From Ignavibacteriota bacterium (GTDB lineage Bacteria; Bacteroidota; Ignavibacteria; UBA10030; CAVZMI01): a stretch of 64,000 nt of DNA. The notes beneath the pieces were generated by a model that was not told the origin of the DNA, did not search any database, and saw only the letters and a program-made list of their open reading frames with translations. This document shows positions 42,865-53,014 of this stretch, in pieces; position 1 is the stretch's first letter, and each line of letters opens with the position of its first letter. The translations under genes were made by a program, and so were the position numbers. The stretch covers positions 1 to 64,000 of the forward strand of contig CAVZMI010000017.1 of NCBI GenBank assembly GCA_963776275.1, given 5' to 3'.

Positions 42865-43644
42865 ATGACAACTTTCTTAGAGAATATCGTAGCAAAAAAA
42901 AGAATCGAGATCGAGGAGAATAAAAAACGAATCTCGCTGCAGCAAATCCAGAAGGTGGCAGAACAGAGCGGGCGACCGCGGGATTTCCGCAGTGCGTTGC
43001 TGAAAGATGCAATTTCCTGCATTGCTGAAATTAAAAAAGCATCACCGTCTCGTGGTGTCCTGACAAATGATTTTCATCCTCAGACGATTGCCCGTGAATA
43101 TACCGAGGGAGGTGCGTCGGCTATTTCCGCTCTGACCGAAATACAGCATTTCCAGGGATATCCGGAAATAATCGGTGAAATTAAAGATGCTTGTATGCTT
43201 CCAGTTCTTCGAAAAGATTTTATTATTGATGAATATCAAATTTTTGAGTCGCGCGCTCTCGGAGCAGACGCGATACTCATCATAGTCAACCTGCTTGATC
43301 CGGCATCAACCGTACGATTTCTCCATAGAGCTCACAGTCTAGAGCTGGAATGTCTTGTTGAGTGTCATAATGAGGATGAAATCGGGAGAGCTATCGATGC
43401 CGATGCCGGAATCATTGGGATTAACAATCGCGATCTTCATTCATTTCAAGTGAATCTTGATACATCTTTTCGATTGTGTGAACGGGTACCACCCGAACGG
43501 ATATGCGTGAGTGAAAGCGGGATACAAACACATGAGCAGGTGAATCTGCTTTTTCAGGCTGGATTCAATGCGATCCTCGTCGGTGAACAATTGATGACTG
43601 CAATTGACCGGGCTGCGGCATTGCGTTCTTTACTTAGAGGTTGA
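42865..43644 (+). CDS. trpC: Indole-3-glycerol phosphate synthase
   Basis: IAEIKKASPS, LRKDFI, GINNRDL, SESGI. Confidence 0.98.
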   Translation: MTTFLENIVAKKRIEIEENKKRISLQQIQKVAEQSGRPRDFRSALLKDAISCIAEIKKASPSRGVLTNDFHPQTIAREYTEGGASAISALTEIQHFQGYPEIIGEIKDACMLPVLRKDFIIDEYQIFESRALGADAILIIVNLLDPASTVRFLHRAHSLELECLVECHNEDEIGRAIDADAGIIGINNRDLHSFQVNLDTSFRLCERVPPERICVSESGIQTHEQVNLLFQAGFNAILVGEQLMTAIDRAAALRSLLRG

Positions 43645-43645
43645 G

Positions 43646-44293
43646 GTGGAATCGATCTATGTAAAAATCTGTGGGATTACAAATATTGGCGACGCGCTTG
43701 ATGCCATTAAATATGGAGCGGATGCTCTGGGATTTATTTTTCATAAAGAAAGTCCGCGGTATATTTCACCGGGAGATGCAGCCACGATCATTCAGAAACT
43801 CCCAAAACACATTACTAAAGTAGGGGTTTTTGTTGATTCACATCGAAGGGAAATTGAGGCTGTGGTCAGAACGTCGTGTCTGAGCGCAATTCAGCTTCAC
43901 GGTGACCAACATCCCGAGGATTGTACGGGATACGACGTATCTGTTATTAAAGCGTTTCGTGTGGGAGAGAATTTTGATGCCGCCCAATTAGGACTTTTCG
44001 AGGTTGAGGCAATTCTTCTGGATACGCTTCGACCCGGGAAACCTGGAGGGACTGGTGAAACATTCGATTGGAATGTGGCTGTTCAGGCAAAACAGTATGG
44101 TAAATTGCTTCTTTCCGGGGGACTGACTGCGAAAAACATTGAAGATGCAATAAGATTTGTCAGACCCTATGGTGTTGATGTGAGTTCGGGGGTTGAAAAA
44201 TCTCCAGGAAAAAAAGACCCGGAAAAAGTCCGAGAATTCATTATTAAAGCAAAAACAACAACTTATTATGATGAAACAGAAGAAGATTTCTAA
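43646..44293 (+). CDS. trpF: Phosphoribosylanthranilate isomerase
   Basis: VKICGIT, SPR, QLHG, GGTG..FDW, DVSSGVE. Confidence 0.97.
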   Translation: MESIYVKICGITNIGDALDAIKYGADALGFIFHKESPRYISPGDAATIIQKLPKHITKVGVFVDSHRREIEAVVRTSCLSAIQLHGDQHPEDCTGYDVSVIKAFRVGENFDAAQLGLFEVEAILLDTLRPGKPGGTGETFDWNVAVQAKQYGKLLLSGGLTAKNIEDAIRFVRPYGVDVSSGVEKSPGKKDPEKVREFIIKAKTTTYYDETEEDF

Positions 44294-45482
44294 TTATACG
44301 CTACCAGATAAGGATGGACATTTTGGCGTTTTCGGCGGGATGTTCATTCCAGAAACATTAATACCAGCCGCAAAAGAACTTCAAGAATGGTATGATAAAC
44401 TGAAAGATGATAAGGAGTTCCAGCAGGAATTTAAACTTCTACTGAGGCATTATGCTGGAAGACCGACACCATTGTACAAAGCACAACGTCTGACGGAGTT
44501 CGCAGGCGGGGCTACCATATATCTGAAAAGAGAAGACCTCTGTCATACGGGTGCCCACAAAATCAATAACACAATAGGTCAGGTCCTAATTGCTCGTCGG
44601 ATGGGTAAAAAGCGGATTATAGCAGAAACAGGAGCAGGACAGCATGGAGTTGCAACAGCGACCGTCTGTGCTCTTTTTGGACTCCAATGCATTGTGTATA
44701 TGGGAGAGGAAGACATGGAGCGCCAGGCTCCAAATGTGTACCGTATGAAACTCCTTGGCGCAGAAGTCCGAACAGTGAGTTCCGGAAGCCGCACACTCAA
44801 AGACGCAACAAGCGAAGCAATTCGTGATTGGGTAACGAATGTTCGGGATACATTTTACATCATTGGATCGGTCGTCGGTATGCACCCATATCCCATGATG
44901 GTGCGGGATTTTCAGTCTATCATCGGAAAAGAGACACTCGATCAATTCAAAGAATATGAAAATCGGCTTCCGGATATTTTAATCGCATGTGTTGGCGGCG
45001 GCAGCAATGCTATGGGGATGTTTTATCCATTTCTGCAGCATGTTCCCCCTGTCAGAATGATCGGAGTCGAAGCGGCTGGTGAAGGATTGACTTCGGGAAA
45101 ACATGCAGCGTCCCTTGTCCTCGGGAAAAAAGGGGTTTTACACGGAGCGATGCAATATCTCTTACAGGATGAAGAAGGTCAGGTTCAAATAGCACATTCA
45201 ATTTCAGCCGGACTTGACTATCCGGGAGTTGGTCCCGAACATTGTTATTTTAAGGATGCCGGCATCGCAGAATACGTTGCGATCACGGACAACGAGGCGC
45301 TCGATGCTTTTCATCTCCTTGCAAGAACAGAGGGAATCATCCCGGCACTCGAGTCTGCCCATGCCATCGCTTATGCTATACAACTAGCAAAAACGCTTCC
45401 TTGCCAGAAATCGATTGTCGTGAATCTCTCCGGCCGGGGCGATAAAGATCTTAACACAGTAATGAAATACTCAGCTCGATGA
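44268..45482 (+). CDS. trpB: Tryptophan synthase beta subunit
   Basis: [47 protein letters not shown]. Confidence 0.99.
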   Translation: MMKQKKISNYTLPDKDGHFGVFGGMFIPETLIPAAKELQEWYDKLKDDKEFQQEFKLLLRHYAGRPTPLYKAQRLTEFAGGATIYLKREDLCHTGAHKINNTIGQVLIARRMGKKRIIAETGAGQHGVATATVCALFGLQCIVYMGEEDMERQAPNVYRMKLLGAEVRTVSSGSRTLKDATSEAIRDWVTNVRDTFYIIGSVVGMHPYPMMVRDFQSIIGKETLDQFKEYENRLPDILIACVGGGSNAMGMFYPFLQHVPPVRMIGVEAAGEGLTSGKHAASLVLGKKGVLHGAMQYLLQDEEGQVQIAHSISAGLDYPGVGPEHCYFKDAGIAEYVAITDNEALDAFHLLARTEGIIPALESAHAIAYAIQLAKTLPCQKSIVVNLSGRGDKDLNTVMKYSAR

Positions 45483-48208
45483 ATCGCGTGGAAATTTCTG
45501 GAGAAAAACAACAGCCGGATGGTCGTTCAAGGTTCTTTGCTGCAGGGAGTGTGATTTTTTTTATTGCTCTCGGGCAGATAATGAATATCATCCAGGAAAT
45601 GCTCATTGCTGCGTATTTTGGTACTACGTGGATTACTGACGCCTACAAGTTGTCGATGGCAATTCCGACGCTCTTCTCGACTGAATCGATCGCGATAATC
45701 AACGCCGTTGTCATTCCTATTCTTTATACCGGGAAAACATTTGAAGAACAACGGAAAATTTTTTCTGCACTTCTTATTTTTTTTATTGTCGTAAGCGTTT
45801 CCCTCTGGCTCGTACTACTTCTTTTCGCTTCGCCTCTTATTGCTCTTGTTGCGCGCGGTTTTTCGCAGGAAGGACGGCTGATTGCCGTTTCACTTCTCAC
45901 CGTGACGTCGTCTATAGTGGTTCTTACGATTCTTTCAACATTTGCGGGAAATGTTCTGAACAGCCGCAACGAATTTGGAGTGCCGGCGCTTCAAAAAGGA
46001 TTCATGTTTGCAATGATCATTCCAGCATTGTATTTTGGAGCCTCGAGATTCGGAATAGGATCGGCCGCCTGGGGGGCAGTTATTGGAATGGGCGTATTTA
46101 CAATTATCATATTCTGGCGACTTCTCCGTCATCATTTTACTCCGGTCAGAGTTACCATCTGGAAAAATCCGGCTGTGACGCAGTGTATTCTGCTCGCTGC
46201 TCCGCTGATTATCTATTCTCTATTCAACCAGGTGAATGTTCTTTTCGAAAAAAAGATAGCGGCCGATTTTCCCACCGGAACACTTTCGGCTCTCGATTAT
46301 GCATTGAAGAGCTCGGCTTTTTTCATCAATTTTCTCGGTGTCGGGATAACGACGGTAATTTTTCCGACATTATCGAAAAAAAATGTAGAGGGAGATACTC
46401 AGTCGCTTCAGCGGTATGCTGAACGGTTATTTTCATTCATCATTCTTCTGGTTACTCCATTTATTCTCTTTCTTCTTATTTTCCGTACGGAATTTATTCA
46501 GGTCCTGTTTGAACGAGGCGCATTTACTCCGGACGCCACTGCGATGACATCCCGAATGCTCGGCTACTACGCCATCGGTCTTCTCGGTTATGCTGTGGTG
46601 ATGACGTTCCCGCGCTTTTTCCAGGCAACCCGGAATAATACAACCATCATGCGCATCGGTATTGCGATTGTCGGTGTGAACATACTCGGATTGATTGTAT
46701 TCCCATATATGTTCGGTTCGATAGGAATACCGATATCGTTCATCGTGACCTATATGCTTCATGCGTGCATACTTCTTTCCAGACTTCACGCCATCATCAA
46801 ATTCCGTTGGAGTACAATTGGTCTGCAGACATTGAAAATTGCAGTTCCGTGTCTTCTGTCTGCATTATTTCTTTTCGGAGCACATTCCCTAGTACCATTT
46901 TCATCGATTGCCTCATGGGGCGCCCGCTTTGGCATTTTAGCCGGTATATGTCTGTTGTTTGGAACGCTGCATCTTGTGATTGCAGCAGGGATGAAAGTTG
47001 TTGTCGCAGAAGAAATTGTCCGGCGCGGTCTTATTACGATACGACGATCTGGGAAAAGAAAACAGATGAACATTGTGGTTATTTCACACAGCAGTGTTGT
47101 GGGATTGTATCAGCAAAAGCTCGCACTGATGCATCAGCGGTATGACGACGAAATATCTCTCATTACTCCACCGTCATGGAATGAAGGAGGACATGAGGTG
47201 ATCGCCGAGGTTCATCATTATCCGGAACTCAATGTCACACCGCTCCCGGTTCATTGGCCCGGCAGACTCAACCGCCATTACTACTCATGGAGAGCATTAA
47301 GGAACTACCTTCGCCGGCGGCATCCCGATCTTATATACATAGAGGAAGAACCGCGAAGTCTGTGCGCTTATCAGACTTATCTCTTCTGCCGTTCCAACAA
47401 TATTCCGTATGTCTTTTATACATGGGAAAATATCGAGCGAAAATATCGCTTAATTCATGAGATTATTTTCCGGCATGTACGCCGTTCGGCGGCGGCAGCA
47501 GTCGTGGGGAGCTGGGATGCAGCCGAGATACTTCGCCGTCGATCCTTTACGAAACCTATGCTTATACAGCCTCAATATGGAGTGGATCCGGACATTTTCT
47601 ATCGCCGCGAGACTTCACGTTTCAAGGAAGGGTGGCGGGTTTCAGGTCCAGTGATCGGCTATGCCGGACGTCTTGTACCTGAAAAAAGAGTAGACCTTTT
47701 TCTCCATGCGTTCGAAAAGCTGTCGTTCCGCGCTACATGTGTCATTGCTGGAGACGGTCCGGAATTCAATCCTCTGAAAGAATTAGCGGCACGGCTCCAG
47801 CGCACACAGGATATCTATTTTATCGGTTCGGTTCCATACGATCAAATGCCAGAATTTCTATCGGCACTTGATATTCTCGTTCTTCCTTCGCAGACGACAT
47901 CGATATGGAAAGAACAATTTGGCAGAGTACTCATCGAGGCGATGGCATGCGGGGTCTGCGCCGTCGGATCGGATTCGGGGGCAATCCCGGCGGTAATCGG
48001 AAACGCCGGATGGATATTCCAAGAAAATGATGCTCACGCATTAACGAAAATTCTTAACGATCTCGTTGTTGATGGAGAAGAGCGGAAACGAATGGCGGAC
48101 GAAGGCAGGGCACGAGTTCTCGAACATTTCTCAAACGCAATTCTCGCGCACCGCTTACACGAATTTTTCGTGCAGGTTGTATCGCAACCTCAGTCTCCGA
48201 ATGTATGA
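45479..48208 (+). CDS. MurJ/MviN-like flippase (aa 1-529) in frame with a GT4 glycosyltransferase (from ATG 47066)
   Basis: AAYFGT...DAY, FPTLS, LFERGAF; then [28 protein letters not shown]. Confidence 0.85.
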   Translation: MNRVEISGEKQQPDGRSRFFAAGSVIFFIALGQIMNIIQEMLIAAYFGTTWITDAYKLSMAIPTLFSTESIAIINAVVIPILYTGKTFEEQRKIFSALLIFFIVVSVSLWLVLLLFASPLIALVARGFSQEGRLIAVSLLTVTSSIVVLTILSTFAGNVLNSRNEFGVPALQKGFMFAMIIPALYFGASRFGIGSAAWGAVIGMGVFTIIIFWRLLRHHFTPVRVTIWKNPAVTQCILLAAPLIIYSLFNQVNVLFEKKIAADFPTGTLSALDYALKSSAFFINFLGVGITTVIFPTLSKKNVEGDTQSLQRYAERLFSFIILLVTPFILFLLIFRTEFIQVLFERGAFTPDATAMTSRMLGYYAIGLLGYAVVMTFPRFFQATRNNTTIMRIGIAIVGVNILGLIVFPYMFGSIGIPISFIVTYMLHACILLSRLHAIIKFRWSTIGLQTLKIAVPCLLSALFLFGAHSLVPFSSIASWGARFGILAGICLLFGTLHLVIAAGMKVVVAEEIVRRGLITIRRSGKRKQMNIVVISHSSVVGLYQQKLALMHQRYDDEISLITPPSWNEGGHEVIAEVHHYPELNVTPLPVHWPGRLNRHYYSWRALRNYLRRRHPDLIYIEEEPRSLCAYQTYLFCRSNNIPYVFYTWENIERKYRLIHEIIFRHVRRSAAAAVVGSWDAAEILRRRSFTKPMLIQPQYGVDPDIFYRRETSRFKEGWRVSGPVIGYAGRLVPEKRVDLFLHAFEKLSFRATCVIAGDGPEFNPLKELAARLQRTQDIYFIGSVPYDQMPEFLSALDILVLPSQTTSIWKEQFGRVLIEAMACGVCAVGSDSGAIPAVIGNAGWIFQENDAHALTKILNDLVVDGEERKRMADEGRARVLEHFSNAILAHRLHEFFVQVVSQPQSPNV

Positions 48209-48291
48209 TAAATTGGCAGCCTCGACGAAGTTTATTTCAATGAAAATATTTCGTATTGTTAGTATACATCACTGATAAGTTTGAGTTAATC

Positions 48292-48933
48292 ATGAAACGA
48301 TCATTACCGGCTGATGATATGCTGTATTCGGGAGGTTCCGAAGAGTTACAACGGAAAATTCAGACTAAATTCATTCGCTTTTTCCGTTCACTCCCTGGCA
48401 AGGTGTTGGAGATCGGGTGCAGCAGAGGAGTTGTATTATCGCTCATGAAAGAAGAGGGGATAGAGGCGTACGGAATCGACCTCTCGGAAACAGCAATAGA
48501 ATATTGTGTGTCAAAAGGATTGGATGCACATCATAGTGATGTTCTATCGCATTTACATCAGGTTCCCGACATGTCATTGGGCGGTATATTTTGTGCGCAT
48601 GTGATTGAACATCTTTCTCCAAACGATGTGATAGAATTAATCAATCAAGCTTTTCGTGTTCTGAAACCTGGCGGTAAATTGTTACTCATTACTCCGAATG
48701 CAAAAGATCTCCGGACTGCGGAACGATTTTGGTTGGATATAACGCATGTGCGGTTATATCCAAATAAATTGCTGCGGGTATTATTACAGCGGGAAGGATT
48801 TCACAATATTCGTACGTTTGCTGATAAAGAACCGGCAAATAATATTTTCGTGCATATCATAAAAATAATGGTGCGTTTGTGGTTCCTTGGATTTATGTTT
48901 GTCGGTGATCTTGTAGTCATTGGTGAACGATGA
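48292..48933 (+). CDS. Class I SAM-dependent methyltransferase
   Basis: VLEIGC.RG, GIDLS, HVIEH, LKPGG, FWLD.THV. Confidence 0.92.
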   Translation: MKRSLPADDMLYSGGSEELQRKIQTKFIRFFRSLPGKVLEIGCSRGVVLSLMKEEGIEAYGIDLSETAIEYCVSKGLDAHHSDVLSHLHQVPDMSLGGIFCAHVIEHLSPNDVIELINQAFRVLKPGGKLLLITPNAKDLRTAERFWLDITHVRLYPNKLLRVLLQREGFHNIRTFADKEPANNIFVHIIKIMVRLWFLGFMFVGDLVVIGER

Positions 48934-50063
48934 AAACAAATACGCTTCGAATTCTTATGATCTCCAAAGCACTTGTCGTTGGTGCATATCATAAAAAGTT
49001 AGAAGCGCTCTCCGAACTTGGAATCGATCTTCATCTGGTCATTCCTCATCGATGGAACAATCAACGGCCTGAACTGACGGCAGGCCGCGGATATTCAATA
49101 GATCTCCTGCCGGTTTTATTCTCAGGGAAAAATCATTTTCATTTCTATCGCAATCTTAAGCGGACACTTCAAAGAATTCAACCTACTATTATTCATATCG
49201 ATGAGGAGGCACACAGTTTCGTAACATACCAGGCAATGCGATTGGCCGTTGCCAATAAAATTCCGGCATTGTTTTTCAATTGGCAAAATATTTTTAAGAA
49301 CTATCCATGGCCCTTCTCATATTTTGAGAACTACAATATGTCGCATGCCTCTGCCGGTATAGCCGGCTCCCGAGAAATCAAGGATGTATTAATGAAAAAA
49401 AAATGCCGCACTCCGCTGTTTGTCATCCCCCAATTCGGAGTCGATCCACAAATTTATTATCATAAACTTCAAAAAGCTTTACGAAATAAAATTGCAGGTG
49501 ACAGAGCATTCACCATTGGATTTGCAGGGAGATTCGTTGAAGAAAAAGGCATCGGTACTCTTGTTGAGGCTTGCAGCAGACTTCCCCGGCACGTGCATTT
49601 ATTGCTCGTCGGGAGCGGACCGCATAAAGAGATCTTGCTGAAACAGGCTTCCACGCTCGGAGTAGCCGATCGCCTGCATATTATTGATCAAGTCAGTTCC
49701 AAGGATATGCCGAAATATTTGAATATCATGGATTGCCTGGTGTTGCCCTCATTGACCTGTTCGAATTGGAAGGAACAATTTGGGCGCATACTGATTGAAG
49801 CGATGGCCTGCGAAGTTCCTGTGATTGGATCAAGCTCGGGAGAAATCCCGAATGTCATCGGCGATGCAGGTATCATCTTTTCAGAAGGAAATTCCGCGGC
49901 ACTGACGGAATCACTGCAGAAATTAATGGATAATAAAAGACGTCGAGAATCGTTGGCAAAAAGTGGAAGGAAACGTGTTATAGAGCTTTTTACACAGAAG
50001 AAAATTGCACAAGATACCCTCGATGTCTATCGGTTCATCGTAAGGAATAAAAAGGATCGCTGA
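48930..50063 (+). CDS. GT4 glycosyltransferase
   Basis: GFAGRFVEEKG, LVLPS, WKEQFGRILIEAMAC. Confidence 0.95.
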   Translation: MKTNTLRILMISKALVVGAYHKKLEALSELGIDLHLVIPHRWNNQRPELTAGRGYSIDLLPVLFSGKNHFHFYRNLKRTLQRIQPTIIHIDEEAHSFVTYQAMRLAVANKIPALFFNWQNIFKNYPWPFSYFENYNMSHASAGIAGSREIKDVLMKKKCRTPLFVIPQFGVDPQIYYHKLQKALRNKIAGDRAFTIGFAGRFVEEKGIGTLVEACSRLPRHVHLLLVGSGPHKEILLKQASTLGVADRLHIIDQVSSKDMPKYLNIMDCLVLPSLTCSNWKEQFGRILIEAMACEVPVIGSSSGEIPNVIGDAGIIFSEGNSAALTESLQKLMDNKRRRESLAKSGRKRVIELFTQKKIAQDTLDVYRFIVRNKKDR

Positions 50064-50070
50064 AAATCTC

Positions 50071-51270
50071 ATGAGACACCAATATATGACGGAGGTACGT
50101 TGGAAGCTGGTCGTGCAAAGGTGTACCGATTATTTTGTAGATCTGTATTCGAAGTTTTTTCATAAAAAAGATATATCGGAACGTAATGCCGAACCCAAGC
50201 AGATTTTGTTAGTAACACTTGGCCATTTGGGAGATGCTCTTATTGCTTCATTTATTTTTCCCTTGATTCGTGAGCGTTACCCGAAAACCGCTCTTGATGT
50301 GCTTACCGGTGAATGGTGTAAACCGGTACTCGAGAATAACCCGTACATTCGCGATCTTATTTTCTTCGAACATTTCAGGGCGAATAGATCAAGTATATCG
50401 GGCTGGAAAAAATTTATGAGACATAATAATACGGCGCGTTCCGCCCTCAAGACAATTCTTTTAAAAAGATATGATCTTTCCATCGAGGGAAGAGTTCATT
50501 ATCCAAATGGGAATCTTCTGTGTTATCGAGGAAAAATCAAGCGAAGAGTAGGATTCGGTTCTGGTGGATACGGATCGCTATTGACCGATGAAGTATTATT
50601 CCCGTCACGATCTAATTTCCACCTGTTGGACGCACTCTTGGAAGAACTTCGAATAGTTGGAATTGATGAAACATTAGAATCGATAAAACCATATTTTACA
50701 ACCTCTATCGAGGTAATTCAGAAACTGCATCCCTTCGCTTTCTGCTTCCAAAAACCTTTCGTTATTATTCACCCCGAAAGCGGGAATATCAAACGGAGAT
50801 TGAGCAGGGAGTTCTGGCTCCAAATTGTTCAGAGTATCATCCATGCGACTGATTATATGATCGTGATTTGCGGTACCGAAAAAGCAAGCTCGTATTTGTC
50901 TGATTTCCTTTCAGAAAATCTGAGCGAAGGCAAAGAACGGATTATCGATACAGTTGGAAAACTTTCATTGGATGAATTCTTTGTGCTCAGTCGGTACGCA
51001 AAGGCAGCATTCACCGTAGAATCGCTTGCAGTTCATCTCTGCGCCATTAATTGTGAAACAATATCATTTTATAAAAAGGGATCAGGAACATTATTTTTCC
51101 CAATACCGAATAAAAAATCCACTATGATTCACAACCACCTGCCATCGAAAGGTGCAATAGTCCATCCCAAAATTGTGAACCATTTCGTTAATGACATTGA
51201 ATCAAAAGAGACGACTGCGCTTGTGGCGGAGATCATTCAATCTCTTGTGTCTCGGGAAAACAAGGCTTGA
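50071..51270 (+). CDS. GT9 (heptosyltransferase-like) glycosyltransferase
   Basis: HLGD, RERYP, NPYI, IIHP, GKLSL. Confidence 0.85.
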   Translation: MRHQYMTEVRWKLVVQRCTDYFVDLYSKFFHKKDISERNAEPKQILLVTLGHLGDALIASFIFPLIRERYPKTALDVLTGEWCKPVLENNPYIRDLIFFEHFRANRSSISGWKKFMRHNNTARSALKTILLKRYDLSIEGRVHYPNGNLLCYRGKIKRRVGFGSGGYGSLLTDEVLFPSRSNFHLLDALLEELRIVGIDETLESIKPYFTTSIEVIQKLHPFAFCFQKPFVIIHPESGNIKRRLSREFWLQIVQSIIHATDYMIVICGTEKASSYLSDFLSENLSEGKERIIDTVGKLSLDEFFVLSRYAKAAFTVESLAVHLCAINCETISFYKKGSGTLFFPIPNKKSTMIHNHLPSKGAIVHPKIVNHFVNDIESKETTALVAEIIQSLVSRENKA

Positions 51271-51431
51271 AAAGTCTCGCACAACAGAAAAGATATCATC
51301 AAATGCTTCGATTGGGACAATCCGCCGTAGCAATCCTGAGGGTCTATCGAGAATCCATATAGCAGGTGTGTCTTGTGTTTGTTCCGGAAAAGTAATATTA
51401 TTGATCGAACATCTAAAAGGGACTGCAATTC

Positions 51432-52148
51432 TTGAACGCCGTACATAAAGATACCGTGCTCAGTGCAATACTCCCGAAGATCGATGAAACAACGGCTGCT
51501 TCACGTTACGATGGGAAATTATCGATTCATGAAATCGAGGAACTGTATCTTTCATTTCTTGTCGATATCACAGCACAAGCCAATCGATACATAAAAACTC
51601 GTGTTTTGATTTATTATTATGTTCCTTCGTTACGTGATATGCTGGCAAGTCTTTTCCATGGACCAATCGAGTTTCGATTGATCTCACCAAAAGATAACGG
51701 CCTGCTCTTCTCTTCCACGATCGAACGCATATTCAGGAACGAGCAATGTAAAAATCTTCTTCTCCTTATCACGCTTCATCCACTGGTGAATTTTCACATT
51801 TTCGAACATGCGTTACAAGTGTTGAATTTTGATGATGATAGCCTGGTCATTGGTGCTCTCACAGACCACACGCCATATCTTCTCGGTATGAAAAATCCTC
51901 ATGAGTCGTTCTTAATGCTGGAAGATGCCCAGTATTACAGCAGTGAAGCGCTCCTTAGACGATGCTGTGCGATCAACGGACTCGTTAATCCCTTATGTTC
52001 GCTTCCTGTTATTCAAACGATGAGCGATCTGATGGTTCTCAAAGAAAGAATGGAACGGCTGTGCGAAACACGACACGATTATCCAAAACGAAGTCTTTCG
52101 TTGCTCCGGCAACTTGAAAGTACGCATACGATTGAGAGACCCGTATGA
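51432..52148 (+). CDS. Hypothetical protein, possibly a degenerate DUF2064/CofC-like nucleotidyltransferase fold
   Basis: LY..FL.D, A...L...D.LVIG....YLLGM, D-L..L pattern; overlaps the nadD start. Confidence 0.45.
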   Translation: MNAVHKDTVLSAILPKIDETTAASRYDGKLSIHEIEELYLSFLVDITAQANRYIKTRVLIYYYVPSLRDMLASLFHGPIEFRLISPKDNGLLFSSTIERIFRNEQCKNLLLLITLHPLVNFHIFEHALQVLNFDDDSLVIGALTDHTPYLLGMKNPHESFLMLEDAQYYSSEALLRRCCAINGLVNPLCSLPVIQTMSDLMVLKERMERLCETRHDYPKRSLSLLRQLESTHTIERPV

Positions 52149-52723
52149 ATATCGGCCTCTTTGGTGGGAGTTTTAATCCGCCACATCACGGACATCTTCT
52201 CATGGCAGAGACAATACGAGAACATTTTAATCTCAGTACGGTCTTCTTCATTCCATCGTTTGTCCCTCCACATAAACAGCTCGAACACCTTGCGTCCGAA
52301 AGAGATCGTCTTGCGATGGTCGAGTGCGCTATTTCTGGAAATAGATATTTTCAATGTTCCGATATCGAGATTCGAAAAGGAGGAATATCGTACACAATTC
52401 AGACGGTGGTTGAATTCGAACAACGATATCCTCACAGCCAATTATTTCTCATTATTGGCATCGATAATCTGGTCGATTTTAAATCATGGAAGTCACAGGA
52501 AGAATTACTGGCCAAAGCGACCCTCATCGTCTGTGACCGTCCCGGATTTCATCAGGACGACGTCCCCCGAGATCTAATTCGCCACGCGCATTTCGTGTCG
52601 GCACCGATGATCGGGATCTCGTCAAGCGACATCCGGCTTCGGATCAAGATGGGGAAATCGATTCGCTATTTCGTTCCTGAATCGGTGGCTGAGTATATTC
52701 GAGCCAATCGGCTGTATTTGTAG
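52145..52723 (+). CDS. nadD: Nicotinate-nucleotide adenylyltransferase
   Basis: FGGSFNPPHHGH, PPHK, SYT, IIG.D, ISSS.IR. Confidence 0.98.
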   Translation: MNIGLFGGSFNPPHHGHLLMAETIREHFNLSTVFFIPSFVPPHKQLEHLASERDRLAMVECAISGNRYFQCSDIEIRKGGISYTIQTVVEFEQRYPHSQLFLIIGIDNLVDFKSWKSQEELLAKATLIVCDRPGFHQDDVPRDLIRHAHFVSAPMIGISSSDIRLRIKMGKSIRYFVPESVAEYIRANRLYL

Positions 52724-52793
52724 ATTATGGAGACAGAGCATTTCCTTTCTTGATACTCTTCGGCGCTTTTCGTATTATATATTCCAAAATGCC

Positions 52794-52868
52794 GCCCCTG
52801 TAGCTCAGTATGGATAGAGCAGCAGTTTCCTAAACTGTTTGTCGGGTGTTCGAATCACCCCAGGGGCA
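52794..52868 (+). tRNA. tRNA-Arg(CCT)
   Basis: Acceptor GCCCCTG/CAGGGGC, D-arm GCTC..GAGC, anticodon loop TTCCTAA, T-loop TTCGAAT. Confidence 0.97.
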
Positions 52869-52948
52869 CATTCAAATCGCAGTATTCTCTGTACCATACT
52901 TACTGATTCATCATTCCTTGAGACCTATCCATCCACGATTCAACCGGA

Positions 52949-52974
52949 AGAAACAAACGACAATATTGTACGTA
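52949..52974 (+). promoter_or_regulatory. Putative ECF (SigW-type) promoter
   Basis: AGAAAC-N16-CGTA about 40 nt upstream of the SpoIIE-type gene. Confidence 0.45.
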
Positions 52975-53014
52975 CCTCATAATAGACAGAATAAGCATTT
53001 ATAAGGACTGCAGC

